From positions 20,406 to 84,405 of the forward strand of contig JAUNGJ010000002.1 of NCBI GenBank assembly GCA_030524585.1: a stretch of 64,000 nt of DNA, given 5' to 3'. The stretch comes from Eubacteriales bacterium (GTDB lineage: Bacteria > Bacillota > Clostridia > Lachnospirales > Lachnospiraceae). Below the pieces are notes generated by a model, which saw nothing but the letters and a program-made list of their open reading frames with translations, did not search any database and was not told where the DNA came from. Positions 30,680 through 40,973 of this stretch are shown here, piece by piece; position 1 is the first letter of the stretch, and every line of letters starts with the position of its first letter. Both the position numbers and the translations under genes were made by a program.

Positions 30680-31354
30680 ATGCAGATAGGACAGGTAATA
30701 CGTAAATATAGAAAAGCAAAGAATCTGACACAGGAGGAAATGGCGGGCCGTCTTGGCGTGACGGCACCGGCTGTTAATAAGTGGGAAAATGGAAATTCAT
30801 TTCCCGATATTACACTGCTGGCGCCCATTGCAAGACTATTGGAGATTTCGCTGGATGAGCTGCTTTCATTCCGGGAGGAACTGAAGGCGGAGGAGATCGG
30901 GGCGATTGTCTGTGAGGTGAACTCCAAACTGAAGGAGGAAACGTATGAAGAAGCCTTCCGATGGGCCCAAAAGAAGCTGGAGCAGTATCCAAACTGTGCA
31001 GAGCTGATTCTGTCGGTGGCGGTGGTGTTGGATGCATGGCGCATGGCAAAAGAGAAACATGCAGCAGAACGCTATGATGATGTGATCAGCCAGTGGTATA
31101 TCCGGGCATTGGAGAGTAATGATGAGAATATCCGTACCAGAGCGGCGGATGCTTTGTTTGGATTTTACCAGAGGAAGGAACAGTATGGGAAGGCAGAAGA
31201 ATGCCTGTTATATTTTTCGGGGCAGAATCCGGAAAGAAAGAGAAAGCAGGCGGTTATCTACAGTAAGACGGGCAGAAGGGACGAGGCGTATCAAGCATAT
31301 GAAGAGCTGCTGTTTTCAGGATATCAGATGATTGCGGGAGAACTTTCGGGATGA
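30680..31354 (+). CDS. XRE-family HTH regulator with a helical (TPR-like) C-terminal region
   Basis: HTH LTQEEMAGRLGVTAPAVNKWENG. ATG 30680 lies 8 nt after SD AGGAGG, so I prefer it to the track start. Confidence 0.8.
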   Translation: MQIGQVIRKYRKAKNLTQEEMAGRLGVTAPAVNKWENGNSFPDITLLAPIARLLEISLDELLSFREELKAEEIGAIVCEVNSKLKEETYEEAFRWAQKKLEQYPNCAELILSVAVVLDAWRMAKEKHAAERYDDVISQWYIRALESNDENIRTRAADALFGFYQRKEQYGKAEECLLYFSGQNPERKRKQAVIYSKTGRRDEAYQAYEELLFSGYQMIAGELSG

Positions 31355-31535
31355 AGCAGCCTACGGATTCCTGAAGGAAGATAAAAGATGGCAGAAGCTG
31401 GTGCAATAGATGCGATTTGCTTATTTTTTTGCGATAGTATATTGATAAATCCCTTCGGTTTTTGTAATAATAGAGATGATATTTACGCATGTTTTGCGGG
31501 TGGCTGTTTTTGAATGTAATGTAAAGGTGATTTAG

Positions 31536-32462
31536 ATGAAGCAGACGTATTTAACAAAAACCTGGGTGGTGGCAGGATTGGCTTTTATCTGCTGTCTCCT
31601 TTGGGGCAGTGCAATTCCAACGATCAAGACAGGATACCGGCTGATGGAAGTGGGGGCTTCGGACACGGCTTCCCAGATAGTCTTTGCAGGAATCCGTTTT
31701 ACGCTGGCGGGATTACTGGTGATATTGTTTGCCTGCATCAGGGAGAGAAAAGTAATTCTGCCCGGGAAGAATGTAATAAAGCTGGCTTTTCCACTGTGTC
31801 TGGCGCAGACCGTGGGACAGTACTTCTTCTTTTATGTGGGAGTGGCCCACACATCCGGGGTAAAGGGCAGTATCATTAACGGCCTTGGAAATTTTGTTGC
31901 GATTCTGATGTCCTGTCTGGTCTTCCGGCGGGAAAGGATGACAGGAAATAAACTTCTGGGATGTGCTCTGGGATTTGCCGGAGTGGTGGTGATCAATCTG
32001 ATGGGAAACCAGCTGGATGGGGGATTTCGGCTGATCGGTGAGGGAAGTATTTTTATTGCCCAGCTTGCCTATGCCTTATCCACAGTATTGATCAACAAAT
32101 TCTCGAGACAGGAATCTCCGGTGATTCTCAGCGGATGCCAGTTTTTTATCGGGGGACTGCTGCTGTTGGGAATCGGCCTGGGAATGGGCGGACGTCTGAA
32201 TCATGGATCGGCAGCGGCGGCAGGAATCCTGCTGTATCTGGCGTTGGTATCGGCGGTTGCGTATACATTATGGTCTGTACTGCTTGCTTATAACCCGGTT
32301 TCCAAAGTGGCGATTTATGGATTTATCAATCCACTGTGCAGTGTGATCCTGTCAGCGCTGATACTGGGAGAAACAGCCCAGGCCTTCCGTCTGGGGAGTC
32401 TGTCGGCGCTTGCATTGGTCTGTGTGGGCATTTTTGTGGTAAACCGGGGGCAGTCAGTATGA
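31536..32462 (+). CDS. EamA/DMT-family transporter
   Basis: Ten TM helices with two EamA-like repeats. Confidence 0.8.
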   Translation: MKQTYLTKTWVVAGLAFICCLLWGSAIPTIKTGYRLMEVGASDTASQIVFAGIRFTLAGLLVILFACIRERKVILPGKNVIKLAFPLCLAQTVGQYFFFYVGVAHTSGVKGSIINGLGNFVAILMSCLVFRRERMTGNKLLGCALGFAGVVVINLMGNQLDGGFRLIGEGSIFIAQLAYALSTVLINKFSRQESPVILSGCQFFIGGLLLLGIGLGMGGRLNHGSAAAAGILLYLALVSAVAYTLWSVLLAYNPVSKVAIYGFINPLCSVILSALILGETAQAFRLGSLSALALVCVGIFVVNRGQSV

Positions 32463-33457
32463 GTATGAGAATGAAGAAAAAACGGATTTTTGATATTATC
32501 CAGATTGGGAATGATACGGACAGGGTGAGCCGGGGATTTGATATTTTTATTATGGTGATGATTCTCTGCAATCTGTTCCTTGCCATTTATGAGACCTTTG
32601 ACAGTTCAATCAGGTATCAGAGTATCCTGACTCTTGTGGAACTGATAACGGTAGCGGTATTTACCGTTGAATACGGCCTGAGAGTGTGGACGGCGGATTA
32701 TCTGTACAGTGATATTGACAGCAGATGGAAAGCAGTGCTCCGATATATCTTTTCATTCAGTGGCATCGTGGACCTGCTGTCTTTTCTTCCATACTATCTC
32801 CCGGTCTTTTTCCCGGCCGGCGTTGTGGCCTTCCGCATGTTCCGGGTCATCCGGATCTTGCGTCTGTTCCGGATCAATGCGTATTACGATGCTTTCAATG
32901 TGATCACTACCGTACTGAAAAATAAACGGGATCAGCTATTATCCTCTATTTTTATTATTCTGGTGTTGATGACGGCTGCTTCTCTGTGTATGTACAGTCT
33001 GGAGCATGAGGCACAGCCGGAAGTATTTCGGAATGCATTTTCCGGCTTCTGGTGGGCGGTATCTACCCTGCTGACGGTTGGCTATGGAGATATTTATCCC
33101 ATTACTGCATTAGGAAGACTGTTTGGTATATGTATTACATTTCTGGGAGTGGGAATGGTTGCAATTCCTACCGGTATCCTGTCTGCCGGATTTGTTGAGC
33201 AGTATGCAAAGATCAAGGAGATCGACGAGGATATCAAAATCAGAGATACACAGTACATTCAGCTGGAGATGAAAGAGGGAAGTCCATGGATCGGAAAAAG
33301 AATTCGCAATCTGATGCTTCCGGCAGAGCTTGCGCCGGTCATTGTGCGAAGAGGCGAGAGGATTCTCGAACCGGGAGAAAATCTGATCCTCCGGGAGGGG
33401 GATGTAGTGGTGCTGGCGGCAGAAGAGATTGAGGGAGAGAATTTGATGTATGAGTAA
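32459..33457 (+). CDS. Voltage-gated-type K+ channel with a C-terminal TrkA-C (RCK_C) domain
   Basis: Selectivity filter TVGYGD. S4-like FRMFRVIRILRLFR. TrkA-C segment. The ATG overlaps the upstream stop (ATGA at 32459-32462). Confidence 0.85.
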   Translation: MSMRMKKKRIFDIIQIGNDTDRVSRGFDIFIMVMILCNLFLAIYETFDSSIRYQSILTLVELITVAVFTVEYGLRVWTADYLYSDIDSRWKAVLRYIFSFSGIVDLLSFLPYYLPVFFPAGVVAFRMFRVIRILRLFRINAYYDAFNVITTVLKNKRDQLLSSIFIILVLMTAASLCMYSLEHEAQPEVFRNAFSGFWWAVSTLLTVGYGDIYPITALGRLFGICITFLGVGMVAIPTGILSAGFVEQYAKIKEIDEDIKIRDTQYIQLEMKEGSPWIGKRIRNLMLPAELAPVIVRRGERILEPGENLILREGDVVVLAAEEIEGENLMYE

Positions 33458-34976
33458 GGAGAAGACTTACATTGCAATTGATTTAAAGTCCTTTTACGCT
33501 TCCGTGGAGTGTATTGAGCGGGGATTGGACCCGATGAATACCCATCTGGTGGTGGCGGATGCGTCGCGCACGGAAAAAACCATCTGTCTGGCGGTATCTC
33601 CATCTCTGAAGGCCTATGGCATCCCTGGAAGACCCAGGTTATTTGAGGTGGTGCAGAAAGTAGCAAAGGTTAATACAGAACGGCAGCGGAAGGCTCCGGG
33701 ACAGAAGTTTACCGGGGCTTCAGCCAATGCCATCGAGCTGGAATTTGTATCGGCGCTGAAGGCAGACTATGTGGTCGCACCGCCCCGGATGGCGCTGTAC
33801 TTAAAGTACAGTGCCCGTATCTATGATATTTACCTGAAATATGTGGCGCCGGAGGATATTCATGTCTACTCCATCGACGAGGTATTTATGGATGTGACGC
33901 ATTATCTGAATACCTATCAGATGACGGCAAGGGAGCTTGCGGGCAGAATCATCCGGGATGTGCTGGAGACAACGGGGATCACGTCTACGGCGGGAATTGG
34001 AACGAATCTGTATCTGAGCAAGATTGCGATGGATATTGTGGCAAAGCATATTCCGCCGGATAAGCATGGGGTGCGGATTGCGAAGCTGGATGAGATGAGT
34101 TACCGGAAGCTTTTGTGGGGGCACCGTCCACTGACGGATTTCTGGAGGGTAGGCAGAGGATATGCCCGGAAGCTGGAAGCATACGGCCTGTATACGATGG
34201 GAGATATTGCAAGGTGTTCTCTGGGAAAGCCGGAGGATTACCTTAACGAGGAGCTGCTTTATAAGCTGTTTGGGGTAAATGCAGAGCTTTTGATCGATCA
34301 TGCCTGGGGCTGGGAACCCTGTACGATGGCGGATATTAAGGCGTATCGGCCGGAAAATAACAGTATGGGTTCCGGGCAGGTGCTTCACTGTCCGTATGAT
34401 TTTCAGAAGGCGAAGCTGATTGCAAGAGAGATGACGGACCTTCTGGTATTGGATCTGGTGGACAAAGGACTTGTGACAGATCAGATGGTGCTGACGGTAG
34501 GCTATGACAGAAGCAGCTTAAAAGATCCGGACATCCGCAAGACATACAGGGGTGAAATCACCACGGATCATTATGGACGGAAGGTTCCCAAACATGCCCA
34601 CGGGACGGTAAATCTTGGAAGGAAGACTTCATCGACAAAGCTGATTACCGACGCGGTTATGAAGCTGTATGATGAAATCGTGAATGAGAAACTGCTGGTC
34701 AGAAGGGTGAATGTTACGGCGAATCATGTGGTGCCGGAATGTAAGGAACAGCAGGAAGAGATCTTCGAACAGATGAATCTGTTCACCGACTATGCTGCCC
34801 TTGAAAAGAAACGCAGGCAGGAGCAGGCGGGGCTGGAGCGGGAACGGAAGATGCAAAAGGCTATGCTGGATATTAAGAAGAAATATGGAAAAAATGCCAT
34901 TTTAAAGGGTATGAATCTGGAAGAAGGAGCTACCGCCAGGGAGCGGAATAACCAGATCGGCGGCCATAAGGCATAG
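33450..34976 (+). CDS. Y-family (translesion) DNA polymerase, UvrX/UmuC-like
   Basis: N-terminus IAIDLKSFYASVEC and SIDEVFMDVT. Overlaps the end of the channel gene by 8 nt. Confidence 0.85.
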   Translation: MSKEKTYIAIDLKSFYASVECIERGLDPMNTHLVVADASRTEKTICLAVSPSLKAYGIPGRPRLFEVVQKVAKVNTERQRKAPGQKFTGASANAIELEFVSALKADYVVAPPRMALYLKYSARIYDIYLKYVAPEDIHVYSIDEVFMDVTHYLNTYQMTARELAGRIIRDVLETTGITSTAGIGTNLYLSKIAMDIVAKHIPPDKHGVRIAKLDEMSYRKLLWGHRPLTDFWRVGRGYARKLEAYGLYTMGDIARCSLGKPEDYLNEELLYKLFGVNAELLIDHAWGWEPCTMADIKAYRPENNSMGSGQVLHCPYDFQKAKLIAREMTDLLVLDLVDKGLVTDQMVLTVGYDRSSLKDPDIRKTYRGEITTDHYGRKVPKHAHGTVNLGRKTSSTKLITDAVMKLYDEIVNEKLLVRRVNVTANHVVPECKEQQEEIFEQMNLFTDYAALEKKRRQEQAGLERERKMQKAMLDIKKKYGKNAILKGMNLEEGATARERNNQIGGHKA

Positions 34977-34989
34977 AAGGAGGCAGAGC

Positions 34990-35205
34990 ATGAAAAGGGA
35001 AATGCAGGATTGGGAACCGTATGAAGATATTATCCATCTGCCGCACCATGTGTCCACAAAACATTCGCAGATGCCTGTACAGGACCGGGCGGCTCAGTTC
35101 GCTCCTTTTGCAGCGTTTACCGGACACGGTGAAGTCATTAAGGAGACCGAGAACCGGCATGTCAGTGACGATATGGAGTTTGTGGAATATGAAGGCGATA
35201 TATAG
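34990..35205 (+). CDS. YolD-like small protein (polymerase accessory)
   Basis: 71 aa. Motif RAAQFAPFAAFTGH is typical of YolD-like proteins found downstream of Y-family polymerases. SD AAGGAGG lies 7 nt upstream. Confidence 0.6.
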   Translation: MKREMQDWEPYEDIIHLPHHVSTKHSQMPVQDRAAQFAPFAAFTGHGEVIKETENRHVSDDMEFVEYEGDI

Positions 35206-35212
35206 ACGGTAA

Positions 35213-35758
35213 TCAGCCGTCGTTTGTGTTTGTGAGAGAAGTAAGAATCTGGACGATTTCATCGACAGATTCTTTTTTTTCGCCCTTTTCCCACTGAATA
35301 AATACATTCAGCAGAGCGCCGGCATAAAAGTAGAGATCGTAGATGGAGCCGGAATAATGGGGCGCTACATAGAGCATCATATATTCATTGATAGCATTGA
35401 TCATCAGATAGTGCAGATCGGCTTCCTCCAATGTAATGAAAAGAAATGCATAGCGGTCAAAATAGCGGAGAGCATGGCGGATGCGTTCTTCCTTCCGCAG
35501 TACGGTGAGAGTAATAGTCTCCGGGCATTCTTCCAGATAACCGTTGATGATTTCCTGAAGGTAGTTGTTGAGAGCGTCGGTCTTGTCGCGGAAATAATGA
35601 TAGAAGGTCATCCGTGATACACCGGCCTTCTTAACAATATCGGAAATCGTGACGGAGTCAAAATCTTTCTGCTGAGTCAGAGCAAGGATAGATTCACCGA
35701 TACACTGTCTGGTGAAACGGTTTCTCTTGGTAAATTTCTTATTAACAAGTCTTATCAT
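35213..35758 (-). CDS. TetR-family transcriptional regulator
   Basis: HTH ISDIVKKAGVSRMTFYHYF. ATG 35758 follows a GGAGG SD, so I prefer it to the track start at 35821. Confidence 0.85.
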   Translation of the reverse strand: MIRLVNKKFTKRNRFTRQCIGESILALTQQKDFDSVTISDIVKKAGVSRMTFYHYFRDKTDALNNYLQEIINGYLEECPETITLTVLRKEERIRHALRYFDRYAFLFITLEEADLHYLMINAINEYMMLYVAPHYSGSIYDLYFYAGALLNVFIQWEKGEKKESVDEIVQILTSLTNTNDG

Positions 35759-35921
35759 GACAACCTCCGAAGATATGAGCTGAATACATGGATGAAAATA
35801 TATGTTCAAATATTGACACATTGGCTTTCTTTGTAAATTGTATCATAGAATGAGGTAAGATACAATTAAGAAGTAGTAATGAAAACTACGTGTAAAGTAA
35901 AAGAGGTCATGGGAGGAAGCT

Positions 35922-36779
35922 ATGGAAAAGATAGTCATATTGGCTGAAACCGGTTCGGATATAACAAAGGAAGTGGCGGCGGAATACGGGATCTGGCTGG
36001 TGCCGATGCATGTGTCATTTGGAGATGAAACCAGAGATGACGGGACATTTTCGGCAGAGGAAATTTATGGATATTATGAACGCACGGGAATGCTGCCAAA
36101 GACGAGCGGCTGTGTGCCGGAGGATTTTGTCAGGATATTTCGTGAGATCCGAAAAGCACATCCGGGTTGTAAGATCCTGTATCTTGCGTACTCGGCGGTT
36201 ACTACCTGCTCTTATCAGAGCGCAGGGATTGCCATTGAGGAAGAACAGATCGAAGGAGTAGTCTGTATCGACACAAAACAGGTGTCCGCAGGACAGGGCG
36301 CAGTAGTGATTGAGATGGCAAAGCGTCTGAGCAGGCACCCGGAGTGGGATGTGGAAAGAGCCGCTAAAGAGGCCGTAAAAATTGCCGAGAGTGTCAGGAT
36401 GTGTTTTGTGCCGGATACACTGGAATTTTTAAGGGCAGGAGGCAGAGTCAGCAATGCGGCGGCGCTGGCCGGGAGTCTTTTAAAGCTCCATCCCTGCATT
36501 GAGATTCTGGATGGCCGTCTGCAGGCTACGAAAAAACAGCGCGGGAATATGAAAAAGATTGTGCCAAACCTGGTAAAGGATTATATGGAAGAAAAGCAGC
36601 TGTCTCCGGAAGAGATTTTTCTGATCTGGGCTCCGGGATTGGAAGAGGGGACAAGGAGAGCGGCTGAGCTTACGGCTTATGAAAGCGGCGCAAAGAAAGT
36701 AACCTGGGTACGGACCGGAGGGGTGATCACCTGCCATGGAGGTCCGGGAGCATTTGGAATTGCCGGTTTTGAAAAATAA
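35922..36779 (+). CDS. DegV-family fatty-acid-binding protein
   Basis: Start KIVILAETGSDI, a length of about 285 aa, and a C-terminal GPGAFGIA motif. Confidence 0.8.
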   Translation: MEKIVILAETGSDITKEVAAEYGIWLVPMHVSFGDETRDDGTFSAEEIYGYYERTGMLPKTSGCVPEDFVRIFREIRKAHPGCKILYLAYSAVTTCSYQSAGIAIEEEQIEGVVCIDTKQVSAGQGAVVIEMAKRLSRHPEWDVERAAKEAVKIAESVRMCFVPDTLEFLRAGGRVSNAAALAGSLLKLHPCIEILDGRLQATKKQRGNMKKIVPNLVKDYMEEKQLSPEEIFLIWAPGLEEGTRRAAELTAYESGAKKVTWVRTGGVITCHGGPGAFGIAGFEK

Positions 36780-36800
36780 AGTTATATTAGAGTATTTTGA

Positions 36801-36832
36801 AATAGTTTGCACTCGCGTGCAGACTATTTTTG
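36801..36832 (+). terminator. Intrinsic terminator
   Basis: 12-bp stem AATAGTTTGCAC/GTGCAGACTATT (one G-U pair), 4-nt loop, T-rich tail. Confidence 0.7.
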
Positions 36833-36912
36833 TGCTATACTAAATCCGCAGCTGCAAATAAAGGATAGATAGCTGCGGTAATGTACTTCCAGAGGAGAAA
36901 GTTGGGGTTAAG

Positions 36913-37437
36913 ATGAAGACAGCAGGGATTGATGCGAATGAACGCAGATTCCAGCATATTAAGCATGAATTTGAGCCGGTTTACGATCAGGATTCCCGGA
37001 TTTTGATTTTGGGGACACTGCCTTCGGTAAAATCCAGAGAGCAGCAGTTTTATTACGGGCATCCGCAGAACCGTTTTTGGAAGGTGTTAAGCGCTCTGTA
37101 TGAAGCGGCAGACGTGCCGGCGACAATCGGGGAAAAGAAGGAATTTCTGCTGGAACATCACATAGCTGTCTGGGATGTGATCGCGGAGTGTGATATTATC
37201 GGCTCCAGTGACAGCTCAATTAAAAATGTAGTACCCGCCGATCTGACGGAGATTCTGGAGAATGCGCCGATTGAGTGCATTTATGCAAATGGCGGAAAGG
37301 CCTATGAGCTGTATATGAAATACAGCTATGAGAAAACAGGGAGAGAGATTGTGAAGCTTCCGTCTACGAGCCCGGCTAATGCGGCATTTCAGATGGACAG
37401 GCTTCTGGAAGCCTGGAAGCAAAAGATAAGAAATTGA
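36913..37437 (+). CDS. DNA-deoxyinosine (hypoxanthine) glycosylase, UDG family 6-like
   Basis: Motif ILILGTLPSVKSREQQFYYGHPQNRFWKVL. Confidence 0.7.
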   Translation: MKTAGIDANERRFQHIKHEFEPVYDQDSRILILGTLPSVKSREQQFYYGHPQNRFWKVLSALYEAADVPATIGEKKEFLLEHHIAVWDVIAECDIIGSSDSSIKNVVPADLTEILENAPIECIYANGGKAYELYMKYSYEKTGREIVKLPSTSPANAAFQMDRLLEAWKQKIRN

Positions 37438-37448
37438 GAGGGATAATT

Positions 37449-38342
37449 ATGTTAAAGAATAAATCGATATTTGGAGCATTTTGCGGTCTGATGACAGGAA
37501 TATGCTGGGGAGTTTCGGGTGTGTTCGGACAGTTTTTGTTTGAGACCAGGGGAATTGAGACGGCCTGGCTGGTGCCGATCCGCCTGACAAGCGCCGGTAT
37601 ACTGCTGCTTATATATCTGTTTGTTACCAACAGGGAGGAAGTGATTCGTCTGGCGAAGAACCGGAGAGATTTTATCCAGACGATACTTGCCGGGGTCTGT
37701 GGAACGATGATGTTTCAGCTGACTTTTTTTGGAACGGTTCAGCGGTCCAATGCGGGAACTGCTACGGTGCTTCAGTATCTGGCGCCGGTAATGATTATGG
37801 TTTATGTGTGTGTGCGGAAAAAGAAGCTGCCGAAGAAGCTTGAGACATTATCCATTCTTCTGGCAATCGGAGGCATTTTCCTTATATCAACACACGGAAA
37901 TATCCATTCGCTGGTCATGACCCCGGAAGCGCTCATGTGGGGAATCGGCTGTGCATTTTTTATGTTTCTGAATACGGTGATCCCGGAGTCGCTGTATGAG
38001 AGGCATCCGTCCACTGTCGTGGTGGGATGGGCGCTCTTATTTGGCGGAATTGTACTCTCCTGTGTGTTCAGACCCTGGAAATATACGGTACGGTTTGACG
38101 CGGCGGTCTGGGTATCCCTGTTCTTTATTATTATTGGGGGATCGGTTGCGGCGTACCTTTTTTATGCTAATTCTGTAAAATGGATTGGTCCGACAAAGGC
38201 GAGCCTGTTCTCCTGTATTGAGCCGGTAACGGCTACCATATTATCCGCACTGTGGCTAAAGACGGATTTTATATGGATTGACCTGATTGGATTTGTACTG
38301 ATTCTGTCAACCGTATTTATTTTAAGCAGGACCGGTGACTAG
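37449..38342 (+). CDS. EamA/DMT-family transporter
   Basis: Ten TM helices. ATG 37449 lies 6 nt after SD GAGAGGG. Confidence 0.8.
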   Translation: MLKNKSIFGAFCGLMTGICWGVSGVFGQFLFETRGIETAWLVPIRLTSAGILLLIYLFVTNREEVIRLAKNRRDFIQTILAGVCGTMMFQLTFFGTVQRSNAGTATVLQYLAPVMIMVYVCVRKKKLPKKLETLSILLAIGGIFLISTHGNIHSLVMTPEALMWGIGCAFFMFLNTVIPESLYERHPSTVVVGWALLFGGIVLSCVFRPWKYTVRFDAAVWVSLFFIIIGGSVAAYLFYANSVKWIGPTKASLFSCIEPVTATILSALWLKTDFIWIDLIGFVLILSTVFILSRTGD

Positions 38343-39466
38343 AACCGGTCATTTAAAAGCAGCCAGTTGGCTCTCCACCAGCGCATGATCTGCCAATAGT
38401 CGGCGCCGGAGAGCCCGTATTCTTTTATCAGATTAAATTTTGCTGATATACTTCTGACATCTTCGAACCACACTTCGTGTTCAGTTCCATTCAGCGTATA
38501 ACGAAAATAAGGAGACATGGCGGTTTCGTCAAATTGAATGACGGCGTTATTTTCTACCGCAATGCGAATGGCCTCCACATTTCCAATGGTGACGGCTGCG
38601 GTAGTACCCTGCTCAAAGGGGAGGGGCCAATCATAACCATAGTTTGGGATTCCAAGATGGATCTTCTCGGGAGGAATTTCGGTAACGGCATAGTCTACAA
38701 CCCGGCGAACGGCATTCAGAGGCGCTACCGCCATGTTGGGACCGTATTTGTATCCCCATTCATAGGTCATAAGAAGGACGGAGTCTGCCGCCGCGCCAAG
38801 CGCCGCATAATCTTTGCCCTCGTAGAGAAGGCCCGGCTGATTGGCGGAAGTCTTGGGCGCAAGGGCCACCGTGGTTGTGTAGCCGTAAGGACGGAGCGCG
38901 GCTGCCAGCTCATTTACAAACGCGGTAAATGCATCCCGGTCCTGCCGCTGAATAAATTCAAAATCTACGTCTGCGCCGGCAAAGTTTTTGGATTGAAGGG
39001 TATTTAGGACCTGGCCGATCAGATTCTGCCTGTAGTTCTCGTTTTGCACGACAGAAGTGATCAGGGCGTTATTAAACTGACCGGAGGCGTCGAAAGGGGT
39101 TAAAGTGAGAATGGGACGCACATCCTGGGACAGGGCAGCCTGAATCATCCAGTAGTCATCCAGTGGAGGCAGCAGAAGATTTCCTTCGGGGGTGAACCCG
39201 TAGGAAAAGATAAAGAGCTCTGTCAGGAAGGGAAGCGTCTGCTCCAGAACCCAGGGACTAATATAAGTATAGGCATAGCCGCCGGCCTGGATCGAAGGCT
39301 TCGCAGGAGAAAATTCCTCCGGGTAAGTAATGAGAAGCGCCTGGCCGACTGCAAGAGCATAGGGGTATACCAATTGGTTGCCGTAGATGATGGAGTCGGC
39401 GGACACACCGAAATTCGCGGCGATACTATCAATGGTATCCCCGGAGGCTACAACGTAGATATCCAT
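38339..39466 (-). CDS. LysM + GH18 spore cortex-lytic hydrolase (SleL/YaaH-like)
   Basis: N-terminal LysM (YVVASGDTIDSIAANFGVS). GH18 catalytic motif GADVDFEF. Confidence 0.75.
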   Translation of the reverse strand: MDIYVVASGDTIDSIAANFGVSADSIIYGNQLVYPYALAVGQALLITYPEEFSPAKPSIQAGGYAYTYISPWVLEQTLPFLTELFIFSYGFTPEGNLLLPPLDDYWMIQAALSQDVRPILTLTPFDASGQFNNALITSVVQNENYRQNLIGQVLNTLQSKNFAGADVDFEFIQRQDRDAFTAFVNELAAALRPYGYTTTVALAPKTSANQPGLLYEGKDYAALGAAADSVLLMTYEWGYKYGPNMAVAPLNAVRRVVDYAVTEIPPEKIHLGIPNYGYDWPLPFEQGTTAAVTIGNVEAIRIAVENNAVIQFDETAMSPYFRYTLNGTEHEVWFEDVRSISAKFNLIKEYGLSGADYWQIMRWWRANWLLLNDRF

Positions 39467-39540
39467 AATAAACTCCTGGAGAAGTTCTTTTATTTAGTAT
39501 ATGAAACAGGGGGAGGACTGACAAAATAATATGGCTTAAT

Positions 39541-39587
39541 GGATGCAAATATTTCTAATTGTGCATCCCATGTAAATGTTTTATAAT
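39541..39587 (+). promoter_or_regulatory. Candidate promoter with an overlapping inverted repeat
   Basis: Inverted repeat GGATGCA-N14-TGCATCC (39541-39568) overlaps the -35 TTGTGC (39559-39564). A 17-nt spacer precedes TATAAT (39582-39587). Confidence 0.45.
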
Positions 39588-39653
39588 CTATTCAGAGAGT
39601 GAGTGCGGAAATGGCATGATACATCAAAAGAGGAAGAATGAGAGGACGAAAGT

Positions 39654-40973
39654 ATGAAGAAAAGTAATCCAAAGGCGTTGCTGCCGATTGGCGTGTTTCT
39701 GGTTTTGTATTTGGGACTGGGAATCCTGTTTGAGTATGTGATGAAGATTCCGATGGGATTTTACAATATTCCGATTGTCATTGCTTTTATGGCGGCAATT
39801 CTGGTTGCGTGTCTCCAGAACCGTGAGCTGAAGTTTGATGACAAGCTGGAGGTTATGGCAAAGGGATTGGCAGATAAGAACATCATTACCATGCTGCTGA
39901 TCTTTTTGACTGCCGGTGCTTTTGTCGGCGTGGTCGGAAGAAGCAGTGCGGAGAGTGTGGCATATTTTATGCTGTCATTAATTCCGGCAAAGTTTGCAGT
40001 TGCGGTACTGTTTGTGGTAGCCTGTTTTGTATCGACAGCGATGGGGACTTCTGTGGGGACGATTACGCTGATCACACCGATTGCGGTGGCGGTATCTGCG
40101 GCGTCTGGCTTTGATCTGCCCCTATGTGTAGGCTCAGTTATGGGAGGAGCTATGTTCGGAGATAACCTGTCATTTATTTCAGACACTACGATTGCTGCAT
40201 GTAATGGACAGGGATGTGCCATGAAGGATAAGTTTCGGGAGAACTTTGGAATTGCTTTTCCGGCGGCGCTGGTAACGCTGGCGCTGATTCTGGTATTATC
40301 CCTGCGCACGGATCTGAGCGGAGCGGTATCCCAGGACTATAATCTGATTCAGATTATTCCATATGTGCTGGTTCTGATTGGCGGCATTATTGGAATCAAT
40401 GTATTCATTGTGCTTCTGGTCGGAATTGCGTCGGGAGCAGTGATCATGCTGGCAACAGGGCAGATTGCACCGGTGGATCTGATCAGCAGTATGGGGTCCG
40501 GTGCAGCAGGAATGTTTGAGACCAGCATGGTCGCGATTCTGGTATCCGCCATGTGTGCGCTGATCCGGGAATATGGAGGCTTCGAAGCGCTGCTTGCTGC
40601 AATCCGCAGAGTATTTAAGGGAAAGAAGGGCGGACAGCTGGGGATGGGACTTCTGGTTGGGGCCATGGATATTGCAACGGCGAATAACACGGTTGCCATT
40701 GTTATGGCGAATCCGATTGCCGCTGAGATGGCACAGGAATATGGCGTTACACCGAGAAAAACAGCTTCTATACTGGATACCTTTTCCTGTGTTTTTCAGG
40801 GGGTAATTCCCTACGGTGCACAGATGCTGGTGGCGCTGTCGGCGGCTAATGAGCTGGGATATGAGCTGTCGGCCTTTGATGTGATTCCGCGGTTGTTTTA
40901 CCCGGGACTGCTGCTGATCAGTTCGCTGATATTTATCTTCGTAATACCGGGAAAGCGCGGGATTACCGAATAA
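39654..40973 (+). CDS. NhaC-family Na+/H+ antiporter-like transporter
   Basis: Polytopic, about 12 TM helices, with GTSVGTITLITPIA-type segments. Confidence 0.5.
   Translation: MKKSNPKALLPIGVFLVLYLGLGILFEYVMKIPMGFYNIPIVIAFMAAILVACLQNRELKFDDKLEVMAKGLADKNIITMLLIFLTAGAFVGVVGRSSAESVAYFMLSLIPAKFAVAVLFVVACFVSTAMGTSVGTITLITPIAVAVSAASGFDLPLCVGSVMGGAMFGDNLSFISDTTIAACNGQGCAMKDKFRENFGIAFPAALVTLALILVLSLRTDLSGAVSQDYNLIQIIPYVLVLIGGIIGINVFIVLLVGIASGAVIMLATGQIAPVDLISSMGSGAAGMFETSMVAILVSAMCALIREYGGFEALLAAIRRVFKGKKGGQLGMGLLVGAMDIATANNTVAIVMANPIAAEMAQEYGVTPRKTASILDTFSCVFQGVIPYGAQMLVALSAANELGYELSAFDVIPRLFYPGLLLISSLIFIFVIPGKRGITE

Noticed and set aside
31300-31420. Possible frameshift or truncation of the XRE/TPR-like regulator. 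Another frame continues for about 20 codons (DEAAYGFLKEDKRWQKLVQ) past the stop at 31354.
   Set aside because: There is no homopolymer or obvious slip site at the junction. The continuation is short, and I cannot judge the expected full length without homologues. I treat the gene as intact.
36846-36878. Perfect 8-bp inverted repeat CCGCAGCT-N17-AGCTGCGG upstream of the hypoxanthine-DNA glycosylase gene.
   Set aside because: It is a single occurrence with no U-tract and no adjacent regulator gene. It could be chance or a minor RNA hairpin, and it is not enough for a call.
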